A stretch of DNA of 64,000 bases from Chrysomallon squamiferum (lineage: Eukaryota > Animalia > Mollusca): the NCBI GenBank assembly GCA_012295275.1, contig CM022671.1, forward strand, positions 3,534,001 to 3,598,000, given 5' to 3'. Each line of letters begins with the position of its first letter. The stretch's first letter is position 1. The notes below the pieces were generated by a model. The model made no database searches, had not been told where the DNA came from, and saw nothing but the letters and a program-made list of their open reading frames with translations. Position numbers and translations under genes: made by a program. This document shows positions 39,801-52,200 of the stretch, piece after piece.

Positions 39801-41842
39801 CGTTTTAGGGTTGCTTATCAGTTCTCTAAATTTTCCAACATAGTAGGACCTTTATTATATAATGTCTCATTACTCAGAAATGTTTCATTTGGAAGTAAGG
39901 CTATTGACATAATTATTTGTAATTTTTGTTTTGTTTGTTATGTGTGGAAGAAAACCCATAATGAAATGATAATAATCTAACAAGCACAGGTTTTTTTTTT
40001 ATGAAATGTGTTTTTAAAACATAAATTTTGGCCTGGCATAGAATGATAGATTGAATTAAATATTACATTTGACAAAACATATGAAAAGATTTTTGAGTGT
40101 ATTATGTAAGTTTTGTATGTTTATTTTGAATGTTCTCACAAATGTTAACAAGAATAGTCAAAAAACAGAAAAAAAAAAAGATTACTATAAAATACTTTGT
40201 TTTACAGTATAAGAGTTATATTTTGACTAATTTTATTTATTTTTGGCTTTTGTTTTATAAGTTTCTAACTGACTGCATTTTATATATTTATTTCATTTCT
40301 TTTTTTAAAAGTACATTAATTTGACATTTTTAGAAATTAATTTAGTTATTTAATATGCAGATCCAAATTCTGCAAGCTTAATGAAAGCTATCTGATTGCT
40401 ACTGAGAAATTCATCACAAAAAGAAAAAAAAACTAAGAACCAAGATAATTAGTGCTTGAAGCATTTTTAAGAAACCTCAGTGCCAATAAGATGTCATCAT
40501 TTGATTAAAGCATTTAAACCTTCTGTTGCTTTTATTTTTCATATCTTTTGCTTACTAATTATTACATGTATTATTATCATTCTTTTTGAAAAAAAATTAA
40601 AATGTTTATACACCTTTTTCTTTGGGATGATAACTCCACGTAATGTATTGTTTTCTTTGATTAATTAAGCAAATTCTCATTTTAGGAACTAATAATTAAT
40701 TTGTTAGGTCAGGTATTCTTGTATATTTATTTAATTTTTTTTTTTTTTTTTTTTTTTTTAAATCTACATACCCATAGTGTATCTTAACATTTACCTTTAA
40801 TTTTCCTCTTCTTTTTTTGTTAATTTTTTTTTTTTTTTATATTTTTGTTTTAGGTTTATTTTTTATTATTTTTGTTTTGTTGCTTTATTTTGTGTTCTTG
40901 TTTATCACCATATTTTGAACTGATAAGAGGAGGCGCCATCTGGTTTTGTTTCAGATTGCTATAGACATCCCTCGAATGAACCCCCTCATTCCCATATTTC
41001 AGCAAGATGTAGTGCAAGAAGTGAGTAATGGTTTAATGGTCAGGGTTTTTATTCTACTTAGCCCACACCCAGTATTGTGATAATCTTTTTTTTCTCTCAC
41101 ATCACCACAAGTTTCACAAACACCAACAAATAAACCAGTTTTGAACAAAAAGTAAACATAAATAATAATATTTGGAAATAATCAAGATCAGAGATTTAAA
41201 AAAAGAAAAGAAAAAAAGAAGTTATAATAAAATTATAATAATAAGCAGATATTTCTGAATAATGACAAACAGATTACAAAATATTTTAAACATTTGGAAC
41301 TAAATTTTACCATCAAATTTCATTTTGGTCTTAATAGATGATTTTCATTTCTGACAAAATCCCTACTTTCCCTACGTCTCTGAATCATTTTGGTGAGCAG
41401 TTTTACAAATATTAAATTTAACTAGTTTTTAAAAATATTTTTGTCAAGTTGGTTTCTGTGAACACAGTGTTGGTATGAAAGAGAAAGACTGTCGCAGGGT
41501 AGGTACATCAGTGTTTCTGGGTGTTGTAATGGTTGGCATTTGTAACTGGCCATCGCTGTCCATCTGTTATTTTGCAGATACTAAAAGACATCCCACGCAT
41601 GACCACTCTAGCACATTTGATGCAACATAAGGTTATCCAGCAAGTGAGTATGGTGTGAGCAGAGAACACTGTGAGTCTCTCCGCTCTGCAAAACCTTTGA
41701 TTTGCTTTCTCTTGTAGCAGAGCTTCAGCACAGATAATTAGGTAGATACTCACTAATTAGCACCATAACGATGGTTTTGTTAATAACATTAAACAGTAAT
41801 AACTATCTGAATTGTAACAACAGATGTGAGACTTTTTCTTAT

Positions 41843-41879
<37 letters not shown>

Positions 41880-41929
41880 TAATAATTGTATACTTTCAAA
41901 TGATGTTCCTTCTTCCAGGTCTAGTATTT

Positions 41930-41962
<33 letters not shown>

Positions 41963-44900
41963 TTAATAATAGTTTAATAACAGATGTAATGATAATAAAA
42001 TGTATTTTTCTAACAATGACCACAACAACAAATAAATAATCATTTATATACTTCTCAGTGATTGTTCATTCTTATAATAATAATAATAATAACAAATTAA
42101 TTGTCATTTTGTATATTTACAAGAGTTTGTTCATTCCTGTTGAACTAGCCTTTTCTAATAATGAAGTTTGACAGAATCTTTCATTGTGTTACATTTGTTT
42201 GTAACAAGAACAGTAATAAAACAGTTGTAGCAGTGAACACAAATGTAATACTCTTAAAGCATGAATCCAATCCCATGAAAATTATTGCACCAAATTATTT
42301 ATTATTTACAATAATTATCTTGGGTAGAGAGAGATAAAAGTTCCCATTAATGAAGATGTTGTTATCTCTACATAATTATTATTTTATAGATAAATTTCTC
42401 TTACATGCTTTATATATTAATTTCTCTTACATGCTTTATATATTACTAAGATGGTGTACCTTTCAGATTTTCTTCTTTTAGCTGTCTGATAAAATTACTT
42501 CAATTAATTCCGCATAGTAATTTATTTTTTGAGATAATGTAAAATAGAGATTGTTAAAATGATTCAGTTCTGTAATAAGTATTTGCTTTGCTTTACAAAT
42601 TGCACAAACATACACATACACATGCAAATGTGATGATAAATATACATTAACAGATAATAAATATAATACCTACCAGATGTTAACACACATTAACATATAC
42701 ATACATAAGTACATGCAAAAATAGATACATTATATATATTCATGTATACAGACACACATGCTAGCACAGAAATACATACATGCATACATTTATGCATTCA
42801 AACAAATAATATTTTCTTGTGTTGTTTTTAGTTTTATTATTTCTTTGTTCAGATACTTATTTCTCTTCTAGTAATAATTCTGTGATCTTTATTTTGTACA
42901 CATTTCTTTATGTTGCTTTTCAGTCTTTGAGCTAATTGCCAGTCTATTTTAATAATAACAACTGCCAATTATTTGTAAATTGGTTTGCAGATTATATGCT
43001 TTTTTAATCTGGTAATACTTTATATTAAATATATAAATAGATAAATAAATAAAATATAATAACAAAAAACCACAGAACATAACTACATTGTCCAGAAACC
43101 AACCACAAACAAAACAAATCTGTCCAGCAATTCTGAGTCAGTTTTAAATACATTTATATAATTTGATATTTTACAAAACAAAAAATGAAGCCTCAGATTC
43201 AGATCAAGGACAGATGTAGCTATTAGACAGAACAGGCAGTTAGTTACATAAATTACTAACATTTTCATCACTGAATTATTATTAATGTAATAAACTTACA
43301 TTGCATATTAAGAAGTCAGCTAAAAAAATACCATAAATTATTAAGGATTATTTCAAAACTTGAAATGATAAAACAGTATTGCACTTTGTCATTCATTACC
43401 TTACAAGAACAATATACTGTCTAAGGAAGAATAGATCCATCTTATATTAGTTTTAAATTTGGAAGTAGATAACAAAAAAAAGTTTGTATTAATTTAACCC
43501 TTAGAACCTAAATGACCTCTAAAAAGAACAGGCTGTTATGTGAGGAATACCTTCAGTTTATTTCAATCACAGATTTGAGAAACTTGTGAGCGAAATTTTC
43601 CCACTTTGGAGAGCCAGTTCTGAGCTCTTCATTATTATATATGTCAGGTCCCAAAGGGTTATATTTTTTAAATTTTTACAAAATTGTAAAATATTTAAAA
43701 AAATGATTTTTTATATTTTCATATGGTTTTAAAAAAAATTGTTGAATGTTTGAATAATTTAATAGTGACATTGTTTATTTCAAATATCCTGTATTGTAAT
43801 AGTAATGAAATATAACTGAGTATATTTAAAAGTTCAGTTGTAATTATGCCAGTCTTTAGAAATACTAATGTTAGCAGAATTATAATTGAACATTTTGAAT
43901 ATTTTAGTACTTACAGTGAAAAAAAATTGTTTATGTAATAATAGTAAAAATATATATATGGGCATTTTGAACATTTTAGTATTTGTTACCCTTTCAAGTT
44001 ATTAGTTTAGTTTAAGATAAATGTTCTGCTATTGTATTTAATATTGAATGTTTTATTTTACAGATATTTGAGAGAATTTTGTTTATCTGGGCTATAAGAC
44101 ACCCTGCCAGTGGTTATGTCCAGGGTATAAATGACCTGGTCACTCCATTCTTTGTTGTGTTTCTCTCTGAGTACATCTCAAATGGTAAAAACTGGTTTTA
44201 TTGTTTCAGTCACATTTTTATATCTAATAATTTTTTAAATCAGATATTTTTTTTGCAATCATAATTTATTTTTCCTTTCTAAATTTCTTTTCAGTTTTAT
44301 TTTTTTTTGTCTCAGTTTTTTTTTGAATAACTTATTCACCTCTATGAAGGCCATGTTTGTAGATAAACACATTTATACAGACATTATTTTGTCAAGCAGA
44401 CACGTAATCTTGTGTCACTTTGTAATGGCTTCTTGTTCTCGTGTAACAAAAGCATCAGATATTGCATCATAAGTTTTGTCATTAATTGATTTTATATTCA
44501 TTAACAGTCATAACTGTTGTAGATTGAACAACTTGTTGATTTAGAAACTATTACGTGTTTGTTGCTGATTGTCATCTAACTGATATTAAGGAACATATTA
44601 TGACTTCATTATTTAAAATGTTGCCTGATGCTGTTTAGGTTGCAGTATCAGTTCCACTAATTTTTCCTACTGCATAGTTTCTCATTCTAATCAGTAATCA
44701 GTATCTGTTTTTTATGAAACATCATGACATATGAACGTCATTATAAAAGAGATTGCCTGTTATTAATTGTCTATAAAATGGTGATTCTGATTATCAAGCT
44801 ATTGTTTGGCCTGTAATAAAGTTAAAATAAATTTGTGTTTTTAAACAGATGTTTGTTTATTTGCAGATATCGAGGCTGATAACTGTGATTTGAAAGAACT

Positions 44901-45140
44901 TCCCAAAGCTACTCTTGATATTATTGAGGCAGACAGCTTCTGGTGCACATCCAAGTTGCTGGATGGAATACAGGACAACTACACATTTGCTCAACCTGGA
45001 ATTCAGATGAAAGTAAATGCACTGCAAGAACTTATTAAAAGAATAGATGGTAAGCCTCTGCTTAGAGATGCATTCTATACCTCTTTTAAATAAATGGTTT
45101 TATATCTCTTTTAAGAACACCAACAAAAAATAAATAAATA

Positions 45141-45172
<32 letters not shown>

Positions 45173-46792
45173 TTATAATTAATAATAAAAAGAAATATTT
45201 CTGTAAAATGCTTGAAACAAGAAAGATATGTTTAAAAAATAAAGCTATATTTTTAGATGAAAATTCGAAATTATTTTTTGAATATGATGGAAATTGGAAA
45301 TACATGCTAGAAAAATGCTGCACTTAAAAAAATTATGTTTGTTGACAAGTGGTTATTAACCCTTTTTTTTTTTTTTTTTTCTCAACATCCATTTTCAATT
45401 ATGTTTAACAGTTGGCATCTCATAGATTAAATTTGATTCTGGCCATAAAAGTACATTTACAATTAAACTAGAAGCATTTATAATAGATACATCATTTACA
45501 ACCCCTGTGTATTTTCACAGCACATAAAGCAGGTGCTACCATCCAGATTAAAAATGTATGCTGCAGTCTATTAACAGTGAATTTTCTTTGTCTTTGTGTA
45601 GCTCCACTTCACAAACACCTGGTCTCTCACAATGTTGAGTATCTGCAGTTTTCTTTCCGATGGATGAACAACTTGTTAATGAGAGAAATTCCTCTCAGGT
45701 GTACGATACGACTGTGGGATACCTATCTTGTATGTCACACACAAATTTTTTATTATCATTCATTTTACTTGTTTATTTATGAAATATTTTCTCAGCTTGT
45801 GTCAAAGATTTCATTTGGAGTTTAAAGAATTCCACTGCCCCTTTTAAAACATGACTTATCATATCATGATGACTGGGCATTTTTTAAAAAAGTTTTATTC
45901 ACTATTGTAGCCTTAAATCAACCATTTTGCTTTTGTAATTGACAAAAGCCCTGTGTCAGTTTATTCCAGAAGTCAAATTAATATTTTGTTTAGAATTGCA
46001 AATAATAAACTTTATTGTATACATAGTTTTGTTAACTGGTTAATTATAAATGTGATATATCTCTGTATTTGAAAAAAAATTAATTTAATTTTTGTTTTGT
46101 TTGGTGACTGATCATTTTCATTTTACAAATTATATATATATATATATATATATATCTTATTTTGTTTAGTTAAAATATAAATAATTTTAAAATTTCAGTC
46201 TGAAGTAAATGGTTTTGCTGATTTTCACCTCTACGTCTGTGCCTCTTTTCTTGTTCAGTTTTCTTCTAACATTTTACGTGAAAGAGATTTCCAGGTGTGT
46301 TCTTAGTAATCTTCATCCAAATTATATTATGTTATTTAATTTATTTAAATTTTATTAACTATTCGAATTGTAACTAATTTTCTATCAAATTTAAATTATT
46401 TCTTTCTCAGATTTTATTTAGTTAATAAAATTTGATTAAATTTTATTTGTATTTTGTTACTGTTTTTTTTCTCCAATTTTAATTTTTTATATATTTTTTT
46501 TTATTCAGATTCATCCATCTATTTTATTTTATTCAATTTCAGTGATAGGTTTTATTTAATTTTATTTAATTACTAAGTTTTATTTATTCTCTATATTATT
46601 ATTATTTCTTTTTTTTTAAATTATTTTTTTTAAAGTTATTTAATCTTGTTTTGCCAGGGAATCCTGATGTTTCTGCAAAACTTGCCAACCAGACATTGGA
46701 ACAACAAGGAGATAGGAGAAATCATGGCTGAGGCCTACAAATTAAAATACATGTTTGCAGACGCTCCAAACCACTTGATGAAAAAATCATGA
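35750..46792 (+). CDS. TBC1D22: TBC1 domain family member 22 (Rab GTPase-activating protein), 12 exons per isoform, 492 aa
   Basis: Exons 35750-35829, 37076-37129, 37782-38002, 38530-38724, 39070-39140, 39558-39686, [40955-41020 or 41578-41643], 44064-44184, 44867-45049, 45602-45729, 46199-46294, 46658-46792 (sum 1479 nt). Motifs: FWK..PGSIKPVYGAQHPP, TSDAWD, ELRQLSWSGIP, IxxDIPR, WAIRHPASGYVQGINDLVTPF, EADSFWC, QDNYTFAQPGIQ, QFSFRWMNNLLMRE, RLWDTY and YMFADAPNH. Confidence 0.95.
38230..38300 (-). mobile_element. Degenerate SINE-like fragment in TBC1D22 intron 3
   Basis: The reverse complement reads caggatcaatc...cctatgggttactttccattccaa...ttccacaactga, similar to the 26380-26450 core. Confidence 0.45.
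40955..41020 (+). CDS. TBC1D22: TBC1D22 exon 7a (arginine-finger exon, canonical-like variant) IAIDIPRMNPLIPIFQQDVVQE
   Basis: tttgtttcag|ATT...GAA|gtgagt, 66 nt, phase 0/0, carries the IxxDxxR motif. Confidence 0.92.
41578..41643 (+). CDS. TBC1D22: TBC1D22 exon 7b (duplicated arginine-finger exon, divergent variant) ILKDIPRMTTLAHLMQHKVIQQ
   Basis: tattttgcag|ATA...CAA|gtgagt, 66 nt, phase 0/0, open frame, same length as 7a. I..DIPRM and Q..V.Q are conserved. Confidence 0.85.
43498..43658. mobile_element. Possible piggyBac-type MITE remnant
   Basis: TTAA|CCCTTAGAACCT ... AGGTCCCAAAGGG|TTAT: short imperfect TIRs with CCC/GGG termini and a TTAA-like target site. Confidence 0.45.
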
Positions 46793-48469
46793 CAAAAATA
46801 AACCTGTACTATACCCATCACTATCGATTTCATTCTGAGCCAGACTTGGTTGCCATGGTGACCCGATTGGTAGCCAGAACCCTCGAGTTCTGGAAATGCT
46901 AAACAGTTGCCATGGTGATAAGATAATATCAGATTTGTTTTATGTTTTCAGAAAGGGTTTGACATGGAAGAAATAACACAGCACAATCATCTTCCAGCAT
47001 AATTGTGTAAATTTGAAATACCTTTTTTTTAAGAGTGATAAACTTTTATTCAAAGAGTGGTAAAAACAAATCATCTAAATTTTTTTTTTTTTATTTATTT
47101 TCAAATTAATTTTTAAATAATTTTTTTTTTACTAATATCAAAGTATGACAATAATAATACTTTAAAAAGATAAAAAAAATAAATGATAATAATAATAATA
47201 ATAATAATAATGAAACTCAATATCTTGTTTTTCATGTAATTATGACAACACTGACAAATAAAGCAGCCTGACTGACTGACAGACACTGTCATACTTTGTT
47301 ATTAGCAAAGACTAGTTTCACTAAAACAGACAAAACAATCATTCTGAAGTTGAAAAACTTTTATTTATACAGTTGTATCTACATTTTAAAAATAAATGAA
47401 CAAGAACAATCAGTTGTAAGTATAAAAAAATTATTTATATTCTATATTTATAATCTGCAACTTTAAACTCAAAAGTTAATTCATTAAGTTGAAAGTCTGA
47501 GTTTGAATTGTGAGCCTGGAATTTGTTGTTTTGTAAAATTAGGGCAACTGTTTTTGTTGTATGAGAAGCTTATTTATTTGTTATTATTATTATCATTATC
47601 ATTATCCTTATTATTGTTGCTGTTAAAATTAGTATTATAGTTATTATTATTATTATTAAAATTATTATTATTATTATCATTACAATGAATATTATTTGTT
47701 ATGATGATGAGGATGATTATTATTATTATATTATTAGTATTAGATTTATTATTATTATTATTATTATTTGTTTTTATTAGTAGCAGTATTTTGTAGTTAA
47801 ATAGATAATTGAGGGAAAGAGACTATGTAGATATTTGAATCTTTATCACTGTCTTAGAAAATTATGACTTGTGCCAGATAAATTGTTTCTGTATCAGCAT
47901 CATTAATTTAAAGTAAAAATGGAACTAAAAAGAAAATTATTTTTAAATTATGTTTAACACAGAAACCAAAAGTAACTACTGGTAATACTTTAAATATGGG
48001 ATTATTCATTTTTAGAAGAAAATTATATATAATTTTAGTAATATATTAGTCTGCAGAATCTATTTATTTGATTATTTAAATTAAAACAACAACAAAAAAA
48101 TCCAATTAGGTATTATGACAGACATTTCAATTGTCTAAAACTTTCACATTAAAAATATTGTAAAGGTCACAATGCTGAAGCAGATATTTAAGCTACGAAA
48201 ATTTAGAAAAAGTGTAAGAATATTTTAAAAATGATTTCCTTATTTATTTCAGGTAACACAGAAATTTTTATTTAATATATTTTGTGTTTGCTTTTTAGGA
48301 AAGATAATTAAGAATCAGTAAGAAATATTACACTATGTGATAAAATACATTATGAAATGATCCACTTCATTTTTTTTCTAGTTATTTTTTCAGGTAATGA
48401 TTCAGTGTTTTAAACTTTTCTTCTGCTTTGATGTTTTTAAAGTATATATATTATAAATAATGTTTTTTA

Positions 48470-48489
48470 TACATACATACATACATACA

Positions 48490-48571
<82 letters not shown>

Positions 48572-48598
48572 TACATGTATGTGTGTGTGTGTGTGTGT
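48470..48598. repeat. Compound (TACA)n-(TA)n-(TG)n microsatellite
   Basis: Read directly from the sequence. Confidence 0.9.
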
Positions 48599-49354
48599 AT
48601 TATCATTTGTGGTGTTTTTTATCTGGGCATTAACTATATATATCTTAAGCCCTGATATTCAGAACATATAATAATATACAGATAATTTCTAACATTAAAA
48701 GTTTAGCCTGTCTTATATGAGAGTAGTCCTACGTAATAACAAAAAGCCAAACATAAAATTTTTTTCCAGTAGATTTAATAACCAAAGTTACTAATCTGCA
48801 GAATAACAGAAAAACTATTTCTTTTTATTACTAATCTTTAACTAATCCTTATTTGTTGCTGTGGATACTAATTAGCTCGAAGAGTAATCAAATATTTCTT
48901 AGATTATGGTTTTAGGATTAAACCAGTTAATTTGTAACATACAGAACAAAAGATTTATTATATTTATTTAGTTGCCTTTGTTACAGATTTAGTAAAATAA
49001 TAAAACAAACGTTTTTCAGGAATGAATGTCTCCGAAACAAATCTTAAAATTTCACTCTTTTTTTTTTTTGTTACGGTTGATTTGCTTGAATAACTAAAAC
49101 ATATTTCAGTGTATTTTATTGTTAAGCCAGTAAAGTTTACTTTGCACTTAAAATACTAAAAATATGTTTTTTCTATATTTTATCTAGAGTTACCTTGTCA
49201 CAAAATTGATAGAATAATAAAACAAAAATAAATAATAAAATTTAAAAAAATATAATTTTATACAGGAGTTTTGAATTGCAACCAGATTAATGAAGCCAAA
49301 CATAAAAGATATTCACCAATGAGTTGAATATTACAATTTTAATAGTAAAATAAA

Positions 49355-49400
<46 letters not shown>

Positions 49401-50846
49401 TTATTTTATTTTATTTTATTTTATTTTATATTTTGTTTTGTTTTGTTATAAATGATCCTAGTTGGAGAATGGTAAACAATAATTCTGAAAATTTGGAAAA
49501 AAAACTGCTATGGACTTGTAGTTCAAAAGTCAGGCTTATAGTGCTACTGTTTATTTAACTAGTCCAGATTAAAATTAGTATTCTAGAATATAGTCTATAT
49601 TAACACAGAGGCAGTTAAGCAGTTTTTTATACAGAAAACCTGATTGTGTCCGACATGTTTAATTTTGTTCAAATTGTTCAAGCGAGACCGATAATGTGCA
49701 AATCGTTGCTGAGTTTAATTGTTTTAATTATAATGAGGACATAGAAAATAAAGTGCCAATATTGTTCAGATTATTTCAGATAATATCTTTTGTACTTTTT
49801 ACATAATAAACAGCATACGGAATATTTTATGAATTAAATGTATCTGCCATGTTATTTTGTTAAAACAATAATTATAATTTCTTTTTATGATAACAGATGG
49901 ATTGTATTTATGGCAACTGTTAGTGCATTAAGTTAATTATTGCTGGGTTTTTTTTCCAGGTTTTATTTATTTGCCAAGTGAAATAAATTAGCAAGGATTC
50001 ATTTGTAAAACAAAAATCTGATCAAATTTGAGATATATAATCCTTTCTTCATATTCCCACAGGAACCTTCAGTTTAACAGAATTTTAATTCAGATGGTTT
50101 TTCAGAGGTTTATAAATTGAAGAGTGTTTGTATATGTTTCAATTTCTTTTTTTGTTTTCATAAAAAAAAAGAAAGAAAAATGTTATTTTGAATCCTTGCA
50201 TGGACACTGAGCACCTAGATGAGTCATTAGATAGATATGCACCTACTCTAGCAAAAAAAATCTGATTCTGTTTAACTGAAAATTAAGAATTGATAAGATT
50301 TTCGTGTCTTAATCGATGGAGGGATTGCCAAGTTTGAATACTGGTAGCTCAGATTTGTGTATATATATATATATATTGGTTCTTATACAATGGTATAAAA
50401 GTTTAGGATACAGGTATGTCAGTCAGGTGTGTTGGGTAATTTCAGTTCTGTTTTTTTGTCAGATGACTTGGAAAAGAATGCAAAGGTGATACATAAAATA
50501 TTCTTTTTGTTTTCTTTTCTTTTTATTTTTTTTTTTTTTTTACATAAGCATAATTTCAGTGAATGAAAATAGAGAAGGTATTATGAAAGTTATAATACAG
50601 GTTCTTGTTAAAGATAAAACTTTAGTTTTAAGAACAGTAACATAGGGTAAGAACTGTGATTTTGGATGTCAGGTAGAATGAGAGTAGTAGGTATAATTTT
50701 CAAAATGGAAATAATTTCTACTATAAATAATTTATAAATGCAAGAGTTATGATCTCCCTTTGATCACAGTAATAACAAATACTCAGTGATGTTTTAATAT
50801 TTTGTAATTAGTTAATTAAATTTTTATTTATTGTTATTAGGTAAAC

Positions 50847-51117
50847 CAGGTTGAGAATCCTTTATCAGAAATGTTTGGGAACCCAGAAGTGTTTAGGATT
50901 TCAGAAGTTTCTGTTTTTTGGAATATAAGAAGGTGGCCTGAAAATAAGATCTAAGTGTAATTATACAACAGGCTTTTCACCTCATATTTTTAATAACTGT
51001 ATGCATAAAATAAAATTTGTTTAAGCAAAACAGTCCAAAAACTGTAAGATGTCGCTATTTCTTAAGCTCACAAAAAGCTTCAAGTTTCAGAATTTTGGAT
51101 AAAGGATCCTCATTCTG
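50847..51117. mobile_element. Non-autonomous Tc1/mariner-pogo (Tigger4/Zombi-like) MITE, about 271 bp
   Basis: About 25-bp imperfect TIRs: left caggttgagaatcctttatcagaaa; right (reverse complement) cagaatgaggatcctttatccaaaa. The subterminal tgggaacccagaagtgtttaggatttcag resembles the Tigger4 consensus as I recall it. Confidence 0.75.
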
Positions 51118-51666
51118 AACAATACTACTTACATAGTAAATGAAGATAGTGTTAAAATTATCCAGCTAAAATTGACATAGTTAATTTGAAATAGCCTCGA
51201 TGAAGGTATTTGAATGTTAAAAAATAAATTTTTACTACACTGGAATCAGTTGAAGATAATTTTGTCATGACATTGTTGATTTCTACACAGCCAAATATAT
51301 AATTCTTGATAATATTTTTATATATATATATATAGATGGTTTTATTTAACTCACAGTGTGTATTTGTAAATACTAGCTGGCTGATGGAAGCTCTGTGAAT
51401 GTGAGTGGGACATTACTGGATAATTCACTTGTTAAAATCTGCCTTGCATTGTATATGTGTATATGTAAATATATATGATATACATTTCTAAATAAACACA
51501 CTGTGAGTTTCTGAGTTTGTAGCCTAACTCTAGTACTGTTACTTTTACAAGTTTATATATGTGACCATACTTGTGCAAATATGCTTTTTCTATTTTTATT
51601 TTTTATTATTATTGTTATTAATTAATTTATTTATTTATTAATTTATTTATTTTTATTATTATTTTC

Positions 51667-51723
<57 letters not shown>

Positions 51724-52019
51724 TTTTTTTTTTTTTTTTTTGTTTGTGAATTTTTTTTACCAATATTTAAGCTTAATTCCTTTTCCTTGCTAACATTACA
51801 GTATTACTGACATTTGGCCATTTTCAGAAATTGGCTTGTTAAAGTTAATTCAACATTTTTAACTTTCACTCAATAAATGAGCATATGTCATACTGTGGCA
51901 GGCTATGAAGTATTGCAGTGATACTAGAAGTAATAGTTTTTTAGCATTCTTTTTACTGAAAATTGTAAATAAAAATTGTCACAATGTGAATTTTGATCTT
52001 TTATCATTTCTGTTTGGTG

Positions 52020-52200
52020 CTATTCAATGGGTTTCAGGATCAGACCTCTTTTGTGCACCCATTGGATAATCTCTGTTCAAGCCAAACCAAAGCTCCATGA
52101 CCAGTTATCAAAGGTTATGGTTCCTTTCTGCTAAACTAAAATAAGTTGCCCAAAACATGGCAGCAATGTGTTTTGTCTCACTATTATTATATTTTACTAG
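52020..52200 (+). mobile_element. Degenerate SINE-like repeat copy
   Basis: caggatcagacc...gtgcacccattggataatctctgttcaagcc...gctccatgaccagttatcaaaggttatgg aligns by eye with 26380-26470. Confidence 0.6.

Noticed and set aside
41671-41678. Second gtgagt donor 27 nt downstream of exon 7b
   Set aside because: The extension contains an in-frame TGA (gtg agt atg gtg tga), so it cannot give a coding variant.
41770-44060. Search for a third arginine-finger exon (7c)
   Set aside because: No further DxPR-encoding segment with splice sites was found by eye.
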